From positions 18,910,001-18,974,000 of the forward strand of contig CM126235.1 of NCBI GenBank assembly GCA_052327205.1: a DNA stretch of 64,000 bases. The letters run 5' to 3'. Made by a program: the position numbers and the translations under genes. The stretch comes from Somniosus microcephalus. Taxonomy: Eukaryota. Below, piece after piece: positions 62,665-64,000 of the stretch (its first letter is position 1; each line of letters starts with the position of its first letter). Below the pieces are notes generated by a model. The model was not told the DNA's origin and did no database searches. It saw only the letters and a list, made by a program, of their open reading frames with translations.

Positions 62665-63665
62665 TGAGCAGGTTGGGCCTATACTCATTAGAGTTTAGAA
62701 GAATGAGAGGGGATCTTACTGAAACATATAAGATTCTGAAGGGGCTTGACAAAGTAGATGCAGAGAGGATCTTTCTTATTGAATTGCCGAGAAACTCCAG
62801 TATGATTTGGACAGGTTGGGTGATTGGGCAGATGCATGGCAGATGCAGTATAATGTGGATAAATGCGAGGTTATCCACTTTGGTGGCAAAAACAGGAAGG
62901 CAGATTATTATCTGAATGGCAATAGATTGGGAGAAGGGGAAGTGCAACGAGACCTGGGTGTCCTTGTGCACCAGTCACTGAAGGTAAGCATGCAGGTGCA
63001 GCAGGCGGTTAAGAAGGCAAATGGAATGTTGGCCTTCGTAGCGAGAGGGTTTGAGTACAGGAGCAAGGATGTCTTGCTGCAGTTGTACAGGGCCTTGGTG
63101 AGGCCACATCTTGAGTATTGTGTGCAGTTTTGGTCGCCTTATCTGAGGAAGGATGTTCTTGCCATGGAGGGAATGCAGCGAAGATTCACCAGACTGATAC
63201 CTGGGATGGCAGGAATGACGTATGAGGAGAGATTGGGTCGATTGGGCTTATACTCGCTGGAGTTTAGAAGAATGAGAGGGGATCTCATTGAAACTTATAA
63301 AATTCTAACAGGACCAGACAGACTAGATGCAGGAAGGATGTTCCCGATGGCCGGGGAGTCCAGAACCAGGGGTCACAGTCTATGGATAAGGGGTAAGCCA
63401 TTTAGGACAGAGATGAGGAGGAATTTCTTCACCCAGAGAGTGGTGAACCTGTGGAATTCTCTACCACAGAAGGCAGTTGAGGCCAATTCATTAAATATAT
63501 TCAAGAAGGAGTTAGATATATTTCTTAAGGCTAAAGGGATCAAGGGATATGGGGAGAAAGCAGGGACAGGGTACGGAGTTTGGATGATCAGCCATGATCC
63601 CATTGAATGGCGGAGCAGGCTAGAGGGGCCGAATGGCCTACTCCTGCTCCTATCTTCTTATGTTC
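62665..63665 (+). mobile_element. CR1 3' fragments, including a ~870-bp young copy, nested in a DeuSINE (62413-62660, 63758-63848)
   Basis: ORF 62807-63748 WQMQYNVDKC...GEKAGTGY. Confidence 0.9.
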
Positions 63666-63944
63666 TTGTGAAAACAGATGATTTAAAAAAATTCCTTTAT
63701 GGGATGTGGGCGTCGTTGGCAAGGCCAGCATTTATTGCCCATCCCTAATTACCCTGATCTGGTCATTATCACTGCTGTTTGTGGGAGCTTGCTGTGCGCA
63801 GATTGGCCGCTGCATTTCCTACATTACAACAGTGACTCCACTTCAAAGTTAGCTGAGCCGGGGGGGGGGCGGCGTTGAATCTCAATAGTTACGGCAGAAC
63901 TTTAGACATTTGCAATCATTAAACCTCTGGTTGCTCTTTTCCAG

Positions 63945-64000
63945 ACACGCCTTTGACAATCTGACGCTGGTGGTTTTGGAAGATGATGAGGATGATAATC
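63945..64000 (+). CDS. Candidate exon of unidentified gene running off the window (HAFDNLTLVVLEDDEDDN)
   Basis: ctcttttccag acceptor; open frame with acidic peptide. Confidence 0.45.

Overview
Eukaryotic, repeat-rich vertebrate DNA, very probably from a shark or other cartilaginous fish (DeuSINE-type tRNA SINEs plus CR1, L2, RTE and Penelope fragments). The + strand carries the last five coding exons of the TAM-family receptor tyrosine kinase AXL (2132-18913). These are followed by a putative ~6.8-kb 3' UTR ending near AATAAA at 25735. The non-repeat parts of this UTR are packed with nested, G-U-containing RNA helices readable on the + strand, and some helices span later transposon insertions. 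A separate ~0.7-kb highly pairable block lies in the last AXL intron. Further along are an apparently intact two-gene Harbinger transposon (39689-44067), a decayed second Harbinger, several MITE families, a young but disrupted Gypsy element (54307-59457) with a related solo LTR, four minisatellites, one assembly gap and spliceable exons of an unidentified second + strand gene. All helices were found by eye; no folding software or database search was run.
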